A DNA stretch of 64,000 nt. It comes from Nemertoderma westbladi (lineage: Eukaryota; Animalia; Xenacoelomorpha). The DNA lies in the NCBI GenBank assembly GCA_032718475.1, contig JAUCBJ010001846.1:124001-188000 (forward strand), written 5' to 3'. A program made the translations under genes and the position numbers. Positions 30,408 through 41,016 of this stretch are shown here, one piece after another; the stretch's first letter is position 1; each line of letters starts with the position of its first letter. Under the pieces are notes generated by a model. That model saw only the letters and a list, made by a program, of their open reading frames with translations, was not told the origin of the DNA and did no database searches.

Positions 30408-31397
30408 ATGATAACAATAAAAAGGTTAGTACCGATTCTTATTTCTATTTTGATAGTATCGACTTCAAACGTTGGGTTGGCTCAATCCAAGTTAAGGTCT
30501 TATATATTATCAACTGCTTCTTCAGGCGGGACATTTTATCCTGTGGGTGTAGGTGTGGCTACGTTGGTTAAAGTAAAATTACAGCCAAAGAAAAAAATAG
30601 CCATGTCAGCTATTACATCTGCCGGTTCTGGAGAAAATGTTAAATTGCTAAGAGCTGAAGAAGCGCAGTTTGCAATTTTGCAAGGTTTATATGGTAGTTA
30701 TGCTTGGAATGGTGAGGGTCCTTATAGAAAGAAGCAGGAATTTTTACGTTCGGTGTCTATGTTGTGGCAAAACGTTGAACATATGATTATTAATGATGAT
30801 CTTGTTCGATCAGGTAATGTTTCTGATCTTGGCAGATTAGGTAGAATTAATTTTTCAATCGGTAAGAAAAATTCCGGCACTGAAGGTTCAGGCAAGCACA
30901 TATTAGAGGCATTGAGTATTAACCTAAGGAGTTTTAATCTTGTTTATAAAGGTTATGGAGCGAGTTCTGAAGCACTTCAAAATGGTTCTATTCAAGGCAT
31001 GAATATTCCCGCTGGCCCACCGGTTGGCGCGATTACGATGGCATTTGCTAAGCTAGGTGATGATATTCGTATATTAAATTTTACAGATAGACAGCTTAGA
31101 ATGGTGAATAAGAAATATCCAATTTGGACTCGATATACGATTCCTAAAGATACATACCCAGATCAGGAAAAAGCAGTTCGCACAATTGCTCAGCCTAACT
31201 TTTTGACTGTTCATAAAGACGTCAATGAAAATGATGTTTATCTGATAACCAAGACTATCCATGAGAACTTGGCATTTTTAAATGCAATACACAAATCAAC
31301 CTATGCAATCTCTTTGAATAAGGCGACTAAGGGATTACCGGTTCCGCTTCATCCAGGGGCCGCTAGGTATTATAGGGAAAAAGGGATTATTAGATAA
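30408..31397 (+). CDS. TAXI-family TRAP solute-binding protein
   Basis: AGGAGG RBS; TASSGGTFYPVG, SAGSGEN, SGTEGSG, PLHPGAARYY. Confidence 0.93.
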   Translation: MITIKRLVPILISILIVSTSNVGLAQSKLRSYILSTASSGGTFYPVGVGVATLVKVKLQPKKKIAMSAITSAGSGENVKLLRAEEAQFAILQGLYGSYAWNGEGPYRKKQEFLRSVSMLWQNVEHMIINDDLVRSGNVSDLGRLGRINFSIGKKNSGTEGSGKHILEALSINLRSFNLVYKGYGASSEALQNGSIQGMNIPAGPPVGAITMAFAKLGDDIRILNFTDRQLRMVNKKYPIWTRYTIPKDTYPDQEKAVRTIAQPNFLTVHKDVNENDVYLITKTIHENLAFLNAIHKSTYAISLNKATKGLPVPLHPGAARYYREKGIIR

Positions 31398-31466
31398 ACG
31401 AGTTATATAAAAACAGTTAGTTTTTTAATAACTTTTAAGGTAAATTTAATCATTTAATAGTAAGAT

Positions 31467-31504
31467 AAAAACGGACAGGTCTTTGCTAGGTCTGTCCGTT
31501 TTTT
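31467..31504 (+). terminator. Intrinsic terminator or stabilising hairpin between the TAXI and permease genes
   Basis: AAAAACGGACAG...CTGTCCGTTTTTT. Confidence 0.75.
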
Positions 31505-31550
31505 GTATGTTGTAAGAATTTTAATCTTTCAATCATGAGGTGACCTTATA

Positions 31551-33701
31551 ATGAGTTTAAGTATTGATTTAATAAGAAATAGAGCGATATTTTCTATTTC
31601 TGTTCTAGTCTCTTTGTGGCATATTTACGCGAATACTTTTTCTTTATTGCCTGATGAATGGAATTCTGTTATTCATTTTTCATCCCTTGCTTTTTTGGCC
31701 ATTCTTATTTCTCCTGTTAAGCTAAAACTTCCAGTTTTTACCTCACAAGATACTTTGTCTCGCATGGGGTTTGCTGTTGATTTGTTGATTGGGTTTTCTG
31801 CAATTTTAGTAGCCGGTTATTTAATTCTATACACAGATGATCTCTATGCTAGGGGCGTGATATTTAATCAATGGGATTGGTTTTTTTCTGTTTTAACATT
31901 GTTGTTAGCAATTGAATTTTCAAGACGAACCACCGGTTGGCTGATACCAATTTTAGCTATCATTGCATTCACGTATGTGATTTTTTGGGGTAAATATGTT
32001 AGTGGTATTTTTAATTTTCCTGGGCTGTCTCTGGAAACAACGCTCTTTAGGGTCTATTTTAGTGAAGACGGAATGTTTGGCAAAATTGCCCAAATATCGT
32101 GGAGCTATGTCTTTATGTTTATTTTGTTAGGGGCTTTTTTAAATAAAAGTGGTGCTAGTCGTTTTATTTTGGATATTTCAATTGCCATTGCAGGTCGTTT
32201 TGTTGGCGGTAGTGGTTTGGTTGCCATTATTGCCTCGGGTTTTATGGGGTCTATTTCTGGTTCGGCAATTGCTAATGTAGCCTCTACAGGGGTTATCACC
32301 ATACCGATGATGAAAAAAAGTGGTTTTTCAGCACCCTTTGCAGGGGCGGTTGAGGCAAGTGCATCAACGGGTGGGCAAATTATGCCACCCGTGATGGGAG
32401 CAGGTGCTTTTTTAATGGCCACCTACACGCAGATTCCCTATTCTAATATTGTCAGTGCTGCTTTCTTACCAGCAATTTTATATTTTGCCTCTATTTGTTT
32501 TTTTGTGCGTGTTAATGCCAAAAAGAATCACTTAAAGGTTGTTAATACAGACGAATTACCAAGATTAAGGGATGTTTTGAGTAAAGGTTGGTTTTTTACC
32601 ATTCCGTTTATTGTGCTGATTTGGCTTTTACTGATTGGTTATACACCCACTTATGCGGCCGGTTTTGGTATTGTCTCAGTGGTCATTTCTAGTTATTTTT
32701 CAACTCATAAAATGCGCTTGAAAGATATTTTATCTGCTTTATCAGATGGGGCAAAGGGTGCTGTGTCTGTTTCGATGTTATTAATTGTCATTGGTGTGAT
32801 GGTGGTCTCAATTAATACAACAGGTGTTGGTAATGTATTTTCGCTGATGATCACACAGTGGTCTGGGGGTAGTTTATTGATCGCATTAACTTTAATTGCC
32901 CTAGCCTCTTTAATTTTGGGGATGGGTTTACCAGTAACGGCCTCTTATATTGTGCTGGCAACATTATGCGCGCCTTTAGTTTATGGGATGTTAGCTGAGC
33001 AAAGTATTATTCAGCTACTGATCTCAGGGAATTTGGATGCAGGCTCTGTGGGTATTATTCAGATGCTTAATCCTAATATGGATTTTTCTAAAACATTGGG
33101 CTATGAACAGGCCGTCTTGGCAATGAAGCCTTTTTTAACCCTTGAAAATAATAGTTTACGTTCGCTACTGTTTGAGCAGGCGTTGTCCCTGAGTGATCGG
33201 TCTATTATGTTGTTAATTTCTCATATGATTATTTTTTGGCTGTCTCAAGACAGTAATGTTACACCACCTGTTTGCTTGGCAGCCTATACAGCAGCGGCGA
33301 TTGCGAAAGCTAAACCAAGTACCACTGGTTTTTATGCTTGGAAGATTGCCAAAGGCATTTATATTATTTCTTTTCTAATGGCTTACACGCCGTTGATAGG
33401 GGATAATTTTTACTTGTCTTTATATAGTTTTTTCATTTTATTATTTGGTTTGTACGGTTCTGTTGTTGTATTTGAGAAGTATTCAGAAGGGCCTGTTAGC
33501 AAATTGGGATATGGTTTATTCTTTTTAGCAACATTGGTGCTCTTAATACCGAATAATGTTTTAATACCTAGTAGTGTTTATTCAGTTATTCCAAGTTTTA
33601 TGATGATTGGTCAGAGTGTGTGGTTTGTGCATTTGGCAGCCATTTTATTGATAGGTTTTATAATTTTCAAAGGTATTAAATACAGTCAAAATCTGCGGTA
33701 A
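31551..33701 (+). CDS. TRAP transporter fused 4TM/12TM permease
   Basis: SGSAIANV, EASASTGGQIMPPVMGA, LGMGLPVTASY, SNVTPPVC. Confidence 0.93.
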   Translation: MSLSIDLIRNRAIFSISVLVSLWHIYANTFSLLPDEWNSVIHFSSLAFLAILISPVKLKLPVFTSQDTLSRMGFAVDLLIGFSAILVAGYLILYTDDLYARGVIFNQWDWFFSVLTLLLAIEFSRRTTGWLIPILAIIAFTYVIFWGKYVSGIFNFPGLSLETTLFRVYFSEDGMFGKIAQISWSYVFMFILLGAFLNKSGASRFILDISIAIAGRFVGGSGLVAIIASGFMGSISGSAIANVASTGVITIPMMKKSGFSAPFAGAVEASASTGGQIMPPVMGAGAFLMATYTQIPYSNIVSAAFLPAILYFASICFFVRVNAKKNHLKVVNTDELPRLRDVLSKGWFFTIPFIVLIWLLLIGYTPTYAAGFGIVSVVISSYFSTHKMRLKDILSALSDGAKGAVSVSMLLIVIGVMVVSINTTGVGNVFSLMITQWSGGSLLIALTLIALASLILGMGLPVTASYIVLATLCAPLVYGMLAEQSIIQLLISGNLDAGSVGIIQMLNPNMDFSKTLGYEQAVLAMKPFLTLENNSLRSLLFEQALSLSDRSIMLLISHMIIFWLSQDSNVTPPVCLAAYTAAAIAKAKPSTTGFYAWKIAKGIYIISFLMAYTPLIGDNFYLSLYSFFILLFGLYGSVVVFEKYSEGPVSKLGYGLFFLATLVLLIPNNVLIPSSVYSVIPSFMMIGQSVWFVHLAAILLIGFIIFKGIKYSQNLR

Positions 33702-33757
33702 CTTTTAATACAGCCTAAAACAAGTATAATGTCCGTATATTAATAAGGGAATTTGTT

Positions 33758-34810
33758 ATGTTTAAAGTTGCTGAGTATATTTGGCTTGATGGCACAACGC
33801 CCGTTAGTCAGATTCGTTCTAAAACAAAAGTAATATCTTTACCTGATGAGCCTAAGCTGTCTGATTTTTCAGCATGGTCTTTTGATGGTTCGTCAACCCA
33901 ACAGGCAGATGGCGGTGATTCTGATTGTTTGTTAAAACCCGTTTGCTTTGTGAGCGATCCATTTCCAGATGGCGGTGATTATTTGGTGCTTTGTGAAGTG
34001 TTAAACGCAGATGGAACCATACATATCTCTAATACCCGCTCTAAACTTCGATCAATTTTAGAATTAGGTGGTGCTAAACATGAGCCTTGGTTAGGTTTTG
34101 AGCAAGAATATACCATGTTTGAAAATCGAATCCCTTTAGGCTGGCCAGAACATGGCTACCCTGCCCCTCAAGGTCCTTATTATTGTGGTGTGGGCACAGA
34201 GCAAATTTTTGGTCGCAGCTTAGCCGTTGATCATATGCATGCTTGCCTTGAAGCGGGTTTATTTTATTATGGGTTGAATGCCGAGGTCATGCCCGGTCAG
34301 TGGGAGTTTCAAATAGGTCCGCGTATGTCCGATGAAGATGCAGGTGCACTTCAGGTTTCTGATCATGTGTGGCTAGCTCGTTGGTTGGCTCATCGGGTGA
34401 GTGAAGAGCATGGCATCCATGTTTCTTTTGATAATAAGCCCGTCAAAGGTGATTGGAATGGCGCTGGTATGCATACCAATTTTTCCACCAAAGCCATGCG
34501 AGACCCAAGCACGGGTAAAAAGACAATTGATTTAGCTATTGATCGTTTGGGTAAAAAGCATTTAGCGCATATTAAATTGTATGGTGATAAATTAGATGAG
34601 CGCCTAACGGGTCTTCACGAAACCGCCAGTATTCATGATTTTTCTGCCGGTGATGCTGACAGGGGGTGCTCAATACGTGTTCCCCGCATGGTAGCTGATA
34701 AAGGTTATGGTTATATTGAGGACAGACGCCCCGGTGCCAATGCTGATCCTTATTTAGTTGCAGCTCGTTTGTTAGCAACGATTTGTGATATTGATGACAA
34801 AGCACTTTAG
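33758..34810 (+). CDS. glnII: Glutamine synthetase type II
   Basis: 350 aa; AEYIWLDG, FDGSST, EQEYT, PQGPYYCGVG, EVMPGQWEFQ, GDWNGAGMHTNFST, RLTGLHET, EDRRP. Confidence 0.92.
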   Translation: MFKVAEYIWLDGTTPVSQIRSKTKVISLPDEPKLSDFSAWSFDGSSTQQADGGDSDCLLKPVCFVSDPFPDGGDYLVLCEVLNADGTIHISNTRSKLRSILELGGAKHEPWLGFEQEYTMFENRIPLGWPEHGYPAPQGPYYCGVGTEQIFGRSLAVDHMHACLEAGLFYYGLNAEVMPGQWEFQIGPRMSDEDAGALQVSDHVWLARWLAHRVSEEHGIHVSFDNKPVKGDWNGAGMHTNFSTKAMRDPSTGKKTIDLAIDRLGKKHLAHIKLYGDKLDERLTGLHETASIHDFSAGDADRGCSIRVPRMVADKGYGYIEDRRPGANADPYLVAARLLATICDIDDKAL

Positions 34811-34833
34811 TCATTAATTCAGGTTAATTGCTT

Positions 34834-34871
34834 ATTGAAAAGGCAGACTTACGTCTGCCTTTTCAATTTTT
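34834..34871 (+). terminator. Rho-independent terminator after glnII
   Basis: ATTGAAAAGGCAGAC-TTAC-GTCTGCCTTTTCAAT followed by a T run. Confidence 0.85.
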
Positions 34872-35736
34872 CACAATTGTTTAATTTATGTGTACTGATC
34901 AATTTCATTTAAAGTAAATTTTGTCCAAAACATCTAAGGTTTTTTTATTGTTTAAAACTGCCTGTTAGGGGTTGTAATTGTCTGCTATTTTTGTTTTAAA
35001 AAAGAATCATAAATCATAGCTTGATCACATTATGGTCATGCTAGCTTTGACAGGTTTTGCCGCTACGTATACTTCTACAATAGCTATAACACAGAAAATT
35101 ATTGTTTTTTGTCACATGAGAACACTTAATGCCTTGTAATTGAAAAATGGTATGAAAGCCAACCAAAAGAAGGATGTAGAAAAGAAAACGATTGTAGAGA
35201 GATCGTCACAGAGGACATATTGGGTGGCTTTTCATATTGATAGTAAAGATCAAAATATGAAAAACACACCGAGATTAGTTTATTGAGGTGTTTCATGGCC
35301 AGTGTATTTCACAATATTTTAAAGTTGATTTGAGGATGATCAATTCCAATTTCCCCATCAAACTAATCCATGCGAATTGTTAAGCCAAATAGTTAAGTAT
35401 TTGAATATGAACATCATAGTTTTGGAAATAAGCACATAATTAAAAAAGTTATGAATAACTGAAATTACCAGATTAATAATTTTTTTGATACAACAAAATA
35501 CTTGAATCACAGCTAACGGTATTGTTACTTAGCGTGTTGATATTAATATCTTTATCAACCTTGTGAGATGGTCTTTCAATCATATGATACCGTGAAGATT
35601 TTCAAATTAACAAAGAATTCTTAAAATATTGTATTAATACCAATCTTTCTCACGAAAATTGGCTGTATTTAGAAGAATCAAAATACAAGCATTTACCCCA
35701 ACAATTGATCCGCTGGCAGTAGCAAAAACCTTTTAA

Positions 35737-35764
35737 TTGACATCTATAGGCATTGGTGTATATT
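35737..35764 (+). promoter_or_regulatory. Putative sigma70 promoter of the rpsP operon
   Basis: TTGACA-16 nt-TATATT about 50 nt upstream of rpsP, which has an AGGAG RBS. Confidence 0.55.
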
Positions 35765-35812
35765 AGGAAACTTAAGAATTCATTAAATAATAGGGAATAG
35801 GAGTAAAAACAT

Positions 35813-36058
35813 ATGGTTAAAATTAGGTTGGCTCGTTTTGGGGCAAAGAAAAAACCTTTTTATCACATTGTTGCAACTGATGCTCGATCTCCCCGCGACA
35901 GTAAGTTTATTGAAAAGCTTGGTTTTTACAATCCAATCAATAAAAATGAATTTAAATTAAATCTTGAGAGAATTTCTTATTGGGAATCCCAAGGCGCACA
36001 ACCAACAGATGTTGTTAGTCGATTAATCAAACAATACCAGAAACTTGATTTGTCTTGA
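35813..36058 (+). CDS. rpsP: 30S ribosomal protein S16
   Basis: [20 protein letters not shown]. Confidence 0.97.
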   Translation: MVKIRLARFGAKKKPFYHIVATDARSPRDSKFIEKLGFYNPINKNEFKLNLERISYWESQGAQPTDVVSRLIKQYQKLDLS

Positions 36059-36543
36059 ACAAACCCACCCCACTGTTGATTGGTAAATTAGGCAAACCAT
36101 TTGCTCTAAAAGGTTATATTACAGTTATCTCTTACACAAATCCTCTATCCAATCTATTTAATTACCAGCCTTGGTATATTAAAGGCCAATCAATAGAATT
36201 TGAAGATTATCAGTCTCACCAAAAACGATCAATGGTCAAATTACCGGCTATTGAAACACCTGAACAAGCCCTTTTAATGAAAGGTCAGGGTATTTATATT
36301 GATCATTCACTACTACAAGCACCTGCCGCGAACGAATATTATTGGGACGATGTCATTGGCCTAGAGGCATTTGGCAATCAATCAGGCTATTTAGGCAAGG
36401 TGAATGCTATTATGCCAAACCCTGCACAAGATATATTAGTGATCAGTCAGCATGTAAAAGATCAGCCTGTTCTTGTTCCTTTTATTGATCAGTATGTGCT
36501 TGAGATTGATATGATCAATCAAAAGATTACACTTGAGTGGTAA
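36055..36543 (+). CDS. rimM: Ribosome maturation factor RimM
   Basis: [26 protein letters not shown]; operon position. Confidence 0.9.
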   Translation: MNKPTPLLIGKLGKPFALKGYITVISYTNPLSNLFNYQPWYIKGQSIEFEDYQSHQKRSMVKLPAIETPEQALLMKGQGIYIDHSLLQAPAANEYYWDDVIGLEAFGNQSGYLGKVNAIMPNPAQDILVISQHVKDQPVLVPFIDQYVLEIDMINQKITLEW

Positions 36544-36546
36544 GGC

Positions 36547-37275
36547 ATGCATTTTGACATTATCACCCTTTTTCCAGACGCATTTGACGGGTTTAAAAAA
36601 CTAGGTGTCACCGGCCGTGCTTTGAGCAGCAAAGCTACCCTAAATTGCTGGAATCCAAGAGACTACAGTCCGTATAAAAATAATCGAGTTGATGACAGAC
36701 CCTATGGCGGTGGCCCGGGCATGGTGATGATGGCCGAACCCCTTTTTAATACGTTAAACGCTATCAGTGCTCAAAAACGAGTCAGTGATCGGCGAGTCAT
36801 TTATTTGTCACCCAAAGGATCAGCGCTTAATCAAATTGTCATTCACAAACTTCAATCCTGCAAACAATTGGTATTGGTAGCGGGTCGCTATGAAGGCATT
36901 GATCAACGATTCATTGACGAGGCCGTTGATGATGAAATATCAATTGGCGATTACGTATTATCAGGGGGTGAACTGGCTTGTATGGTGCTGATGGATGCAA
37001 TGTTAAGACAGATAGAAGGTGTTGTGGGCAATGAAGCGTCTGTTCGTCAAGATTCCTTCTTTAACCATCGACTTGATCATCCTCAATACACCTATCCCCA
37101 ATGTATTCAATCAAAAACAGTGCCATCTATCTTATTAAGTGGTCATCACGAGCATATTAAACAGTGGCGAATGCGAGAATCTGTTTTGCTCACTCAAAAA
37201 AATCGCCCTGATGTAATCAAAAAACACCCACTAAGTGTGGAAGAAAGAAAATGCCTAGAAATAGTCGATTGTTAA
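36547..37275 (+). CDS. trmD: tRNA (guanine-N1)-methyltransferase
   Basis: VDDRPYGGGPGM, GRYEGID, SIGDYVLSGGE. Confidence 0.97.
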   Translation: MHFDIITLFPDAFDGFKKLGVTGRALSSKATLNCWNPRDYSPYKNNRVDDRPYGGGPGMVMMAEPLFNTLNAISAQKRVSDRRVIYLSPKGSALNQIVIHKLQSCKQLVLVAGRYEGIDQRFIDEAVDDEISIGDYVLSGGELACMVLMDAMLRQIEGVVGNEASVRQDSFFNHRLDHPQYTYPQCIQSKTVPSILLSGHHEHIKQWRMRESVLLTQKNRPDVIKKHPLSVEERKCLEIVDC

Positions 37276-37345
37276 TCAGCTAATTTAGGTTTATAATTCG
37301 TCTCTTTAAAAGTAGCGAATTAACCGAAAATAAAGAGGTGTTATC

Positions 37346-37690
37346 ATGCTCAACGTCGTTCAACAATTTGAGCAAAAACAGCTAAAAACAGGTATACCTG
37401 AATTTAGAGCAGGCGATACAGTGGCTGTCAATTGTAGAATCAAAGAAGGTAATCGAGAAAGAATTCAAACCTTTGAAGGGGTTGTGATTGCTAAAAAAAA
37501 CCGAGGCATCAATTCTGCTTTCACCGTTAGAAAAATCAGCTATGGCGAAGGGGTTGAACGCACCTTTCAAACACATAGCCCATTGATTGCATCCGTTGAA
37601 GTCAAAAAGCTCGGTCGAGTTCGTCGCGCCAAATTATATTATTTAAGAAACTTAAGTGGCCGTGCGGCGCGTATTCGCCAGCGTTACTAA
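37346..37690 (+). CDS. rplS: 50S ribosomal protein L19
   Basis: [25 protein letters not shown]. Confidence 0.97.
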   Translation: MLNVVQQFEQKQLKTGIPEFRAGDTVAVNCRIKEGNRERIQTFEGVVIAKKNRGINSAFTVRKISYGEGVERTFQTHSPLIASVEVKKLGRVRRAKLYYLRNLSGRAARIRQRY

Positions 37691-37698
37691 ACTTTGCA

Positions 37699-40365
37699 AT
37701 GGCCGATCAATTTGATGCTGACGCTCAACAAACCCAAGAATGGCTTGATTCGATTGATTCATTGATTCAATCCGAGGGCGGCCAGCGAGCAACTAACTTA
37801 CTTAATCAAGTTGATCAGCAGGCCAAGCAACAAGGTTGTCGGGGTGTCGTTCAAAGTCAAACGCCCTATCTTAATACCATTCCACCTGATCAAGAGCCAC
37901 CCATGCCTCCCACGCTTTTAAAAGAAGAAAAAAGAACCCTTGACTTTATCCGATGGAACGCCATGTTAATGGTATCCCAAGCCAACCATTTTGCATCAGA
38001 GTTGGGGGGGCATATTTCCACTTATGCCTCCTGTGCCTTTTTATATGAAGTAGGGTTGAATCATTTTTTTCGTGGACACAACGCCCCCGGCGGGGCTGAT
38101 TTAATTTTTTTTCAGGGCCATAGCACCCCAGGACTGTACGCCCGTGCTTTTTTAGAAGGGCGTTTAAGCCAAAAAATGCTTGAAAATTTCAGGCAAGAAA
38201 GCAGGGACAAGGGGTTGAGCTCATACCCTCATCCCTGGCTGATGCCAGATTTTTGGTCTTTTCCGACCGTTTCAATGGGACTTGGGCCTTTGATAGCAAT
38301 TTATCAAGCCCGTTTCATGCATTATTTAGAAAATCGAGAACTTGCCCAATCAACCGGTCGTAAGGTGTGGGCATTTTTGGGTGATGGCGAGGTTGATGAG
38401 CCTGAATCATTGGGTTGTTTGAGCTTAGCTGCTAGAGAAAAACTTGATAATCTAATTTTTGTGGTCAACTGTAACTTGCAGCGCCTAGATGGCCCGGTTC
38501 GAGGCAATGGAAAAATTATTCAAGAACTTGAAAGCGTATTTCATGGTGCCGGTTGGAATGTGATTAAAGTGATTTGGGGGTCGGATTGGGATCAGTTGCT
38601 TGAAAAAGACACCAACCATTTATTATTAAAACGCATGAGTGAGGTGGTAGATGGGGAATACCAAAACTACAAAACCCAAAATGGGGGTTATGTGCGAAAG
38701 CACTTTTTTGGAAAATACCCTGAATTACTTCAGTTGGTTGAGGGCATGTCAGATAAAGACATTTTCCGCCTACGTCGCGGCGGCCATGATCCAGTTAAAG
38801 TGTATGCCGCTTACCAAAAAGCTATGTCTCATCGGGGTCAACCCACCGTTATTTTGGTGAAAACCATTAAGGGTTATGGTTTAGGAGAATCGGGTGAATC
38901 TGTCAATACAACACACTCTAAAAAGAAAATGACCGCAAATGAACTACGTTACTTTGCCAAACGTTTTGATCTGCCTTTTGACGACCAAGCCCTTGAATCA
39001 CCCAGCTTCTACAAGCCTGATCAACAATCGGCTGAATATCAACATATGATCAGTCAGCGTAAAAAATTAGGTGGTTTTTTGCCTGAGCGTGTTGTCAGCC
39101 AAGAAAAACTAAGTCCACCCAACCTGAAAGAATTTCAAACATTGCTTGAAGGCTCAGGTGATCGGGAAATGTCTAGCACCATGGCCTTTGTTCGTATTTT
39201 AGGCGTTTTAATGCGCAACAAAACCATTAAAGAACGTATTGTACCCATTGTACCTGATGAAGCCAGAACATTTGGCATGGAAGGTTTGTTTCGTCAAATT
39301 GGTATTTATGCCTTTGATGGCCAGTGCTATGAACCAGAAGATCGCAAACAAGTGATGTGGTATCGGGAAGATAAAAAAGGGCAAGTGCTTCAAGAAGGAA
39401 TTAACGAGGCAGGCTCGATGTCCTCTTGGATTGCCGCCGGCAGTGCCTATTACAACCACAACTTGAATATGATTCCCTTTTACACCTTCTATTCCATGTT
39501 TGGTACCCAGCGGGTGGGTGATTTAATTTGGGCAGCAGCAGACATGCAGTGCCGTGGTTTTTTAATGGGGGCAACCGCCGGACGCACCACATTGGCCGGT
39601 GAAGGCTTGCAGCATCAAGATGGCCATAGCCACCTTTTTTCAGGCAACATACCCAATTGTATGAGTTATGATCCTGCCTATGGCTATGAATTGGCCGTGA
39701 TTATTTGTGATGGCATCAAGCGCATGTACCAAGACCATGAGCGAATTTTTTACTACATCACCATCATGAACGACAATTACAAACACCCCAAAATGCCAAC
39801 AGGTGTTGAAAAAGGCATTGTAAGGGGGATGTATTGTTTAACATCAAGCACTGTGAAAAGTAAAAAAACACAAAAAGTGCAATTGCTGGGTAGCGGTGCT
39901 ATTTTGCTTGAAGTGATTGAAGCGGGTGTATTGCTGAAAAAAGACTGGGGAGTTGAAGCCGACATTTGGAGTGTTACCAGCTTTACTGAACTTAGAAAAC
40001 AAGCACACAGAAGTGTTCGGCATAACATGCTTCACCCCAAAGCCAATAAAAAAATCCCCTATATCACCGAGTGCCTTCAAAGTACGCAAGGGCCTGTAAT
40101 TGCCGCGACCGATTATGTGCGCATGCACACTGATCAGGTGCGTGAATTTGTGCCAAGGCGTTACACCGTGTTGGGTACTGATGGCTTTGGTCGAAGCGAT
40201 ACCCGAAAAGCCTTGCGTCATTTTTTTGAAGTGAATTGTTTTTATATTGTAATTGCTGCCCTTTATTCATTATGTGAAGAAGGTGTAATTTCTATTGAGG
40301 TTGTATCAAAAGCGATCAAACAATACCACCTAGACCCTGACAAGGTGTTTCCACCAGACTGCTAA
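37699..40365 (+). CDS. aceE: Pyruvate dehydrogenase E1 (homodimeric)
   Basis: LSSYPHP, TVSMGLG, GDGEVDEPES, NLQRLDGPV, GEGLQHQDG, TDGFGRSD. Confidence 0.96.
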   Translation: MADQFDADAQQTQEWLDSIDSLIQSEGGQRATNLLNQVDQQAKQQGCRGVVQSQTPYLNTIPPDQEPPMPPTLLKEEKRTLDFIRWNAMLMVSQANHFASELGGHISTYASCAFLYEVGLNHFFRGHNAPGGADLIFFQGHSTPGLYARAFLEGRLSQKMLENFRQESRDKGLSSYPHPWLMPDFWSFPTVSMGLGPLIAIYQARFMHYLENRELAQSTGRKVWAFLGDGEVDEPESLGCLSLAAREKLDNLIFVVNCNLQRLDGPVRGNGKIIQELESVFHGAGWNVIKVIWGSDWDQLLEKDTNHLLLKRMSEVVDGEYQNYKTQNGGYVRKHFFGKYPELLQLVEGMSDKDIFRLRRGGHDPVKVYAAYQKAMSHRGQPTVILVKTIKGYGLGESGESVNTTHSKKKMTANELRYFAKRFDLPFDDQALESPSFYKPDQQSAEYQHMISQRKKLGGFLPERVVSQEKLSPPNLKEFQTLLEGSGDREMSSTMAFVRILGVLMRNKTIKERIVPIVPDEARTFGMEGLFRQIGIYAFDGQCYEPEDRKQVMWYREDKKGQVLQEGINEAGSMSSWIAAGSAYYNHNLNMIPFYTFYSMFGTQRVGDLIWAAADMQCRGFLMGATAGRTTLAGEGLQHQDGHSHLFSGNIPNCMSYDPAYGYELAVIICDGIKRMYQDHERIFYYITIMNDNYKHPKMPTGVEKGIVRGMYCLTSSTVKSKKTQKVQLLGSGAILLEVIEAGVLLKKDWGVEADIWSVTSFTELRKQAHRSVRHNMLHPKANKKIPYITECLQSTQGPVIAATDYVRMHTDQVREFVPRRYTVLGTDGFGRSDTRKALRHFFEVNCFYIVIAALYSLCEEGVISIEVVSKAIKQYHLDPDKVFPPDC

Positions 40366-40371
40366 TTTAAG

Positions 40372-41016
40372 ATGAGTAAACTGCTTAGGCCGCGTATTAA
40401 AATTTGTGGCATCACACAAGCCCAGCATGTTACACAACTTGCCAAACTGGGGGTGGATGCCATCGGTTTGGTATTTTATGAAAAAAGCCCTCGGCATGTT
40501 TCGCTCTCATCAGCACAAACCCTTGTGAAAGGCCTGCCCCCTTTTTTGACCCTTGTGGGGTTGTTTGTGAACCACTCGGTTGATTTTATTAACCAGTGCC
40601 TCCAATTACTCCCACTGCATATTTTACAGTTTCATGGCAATGAATCGCCAAAGTTTTGCAAACAGTTTAATCGTCACTACATCAAAGCGATTCGGGTAAA
40701 TAATAACCAAGCCATCCTCCAAGCATTTGATGATTATTCAGATGCTCAAGGTATTTTATTAGACGCAAGCATCAGGCATGCCTTTGGAGGAACAGGGCAG
40801 TGTTTTGATTGGGATTTGGTACCTAACCTAACACGTCGATCCATGCCGATTATTTTATCCGGTGGGCTTAGGCTAGATAATGTATGTGAGGCGATTAAGC
40901 AGGTAATGCCTGAAGCCGTTGATGTTAGCAGTGGGGTGGAAAGTGGTGGAAAAAAAGATATGGCGCTAATTAAATCGTTTGTTAATCGTGTTAATAATTG
41001 TCATGAATCGAATTGA
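40372..41016 (+). CDS. trpF: Phosphoribosylanthranilate isomerase
   Basis: IKICGIT, SPRHV, QFHGNE, GGTG..FDW, VDVSSGVE. Confidence 0.95.
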   Translation: MSKLLRPRIKICGITQAQHVTQLAKLGVDAIGLVFYEKSPRHVSLSSAQTLVKGLPPFLTLVGLFVNHSVDFINQCLQLLPLHILQFHGNESPKFCKQFNRHYIKAIRVNNNQAILQAFDDYSDAQGILLDASIRHAFGGTGQCFDWDLVPNLTRRSMPIILSGGLRLDNVCEAIKQVMPEAVDVSSGVESGGKKDMALIKSFVNRVNNCHESN

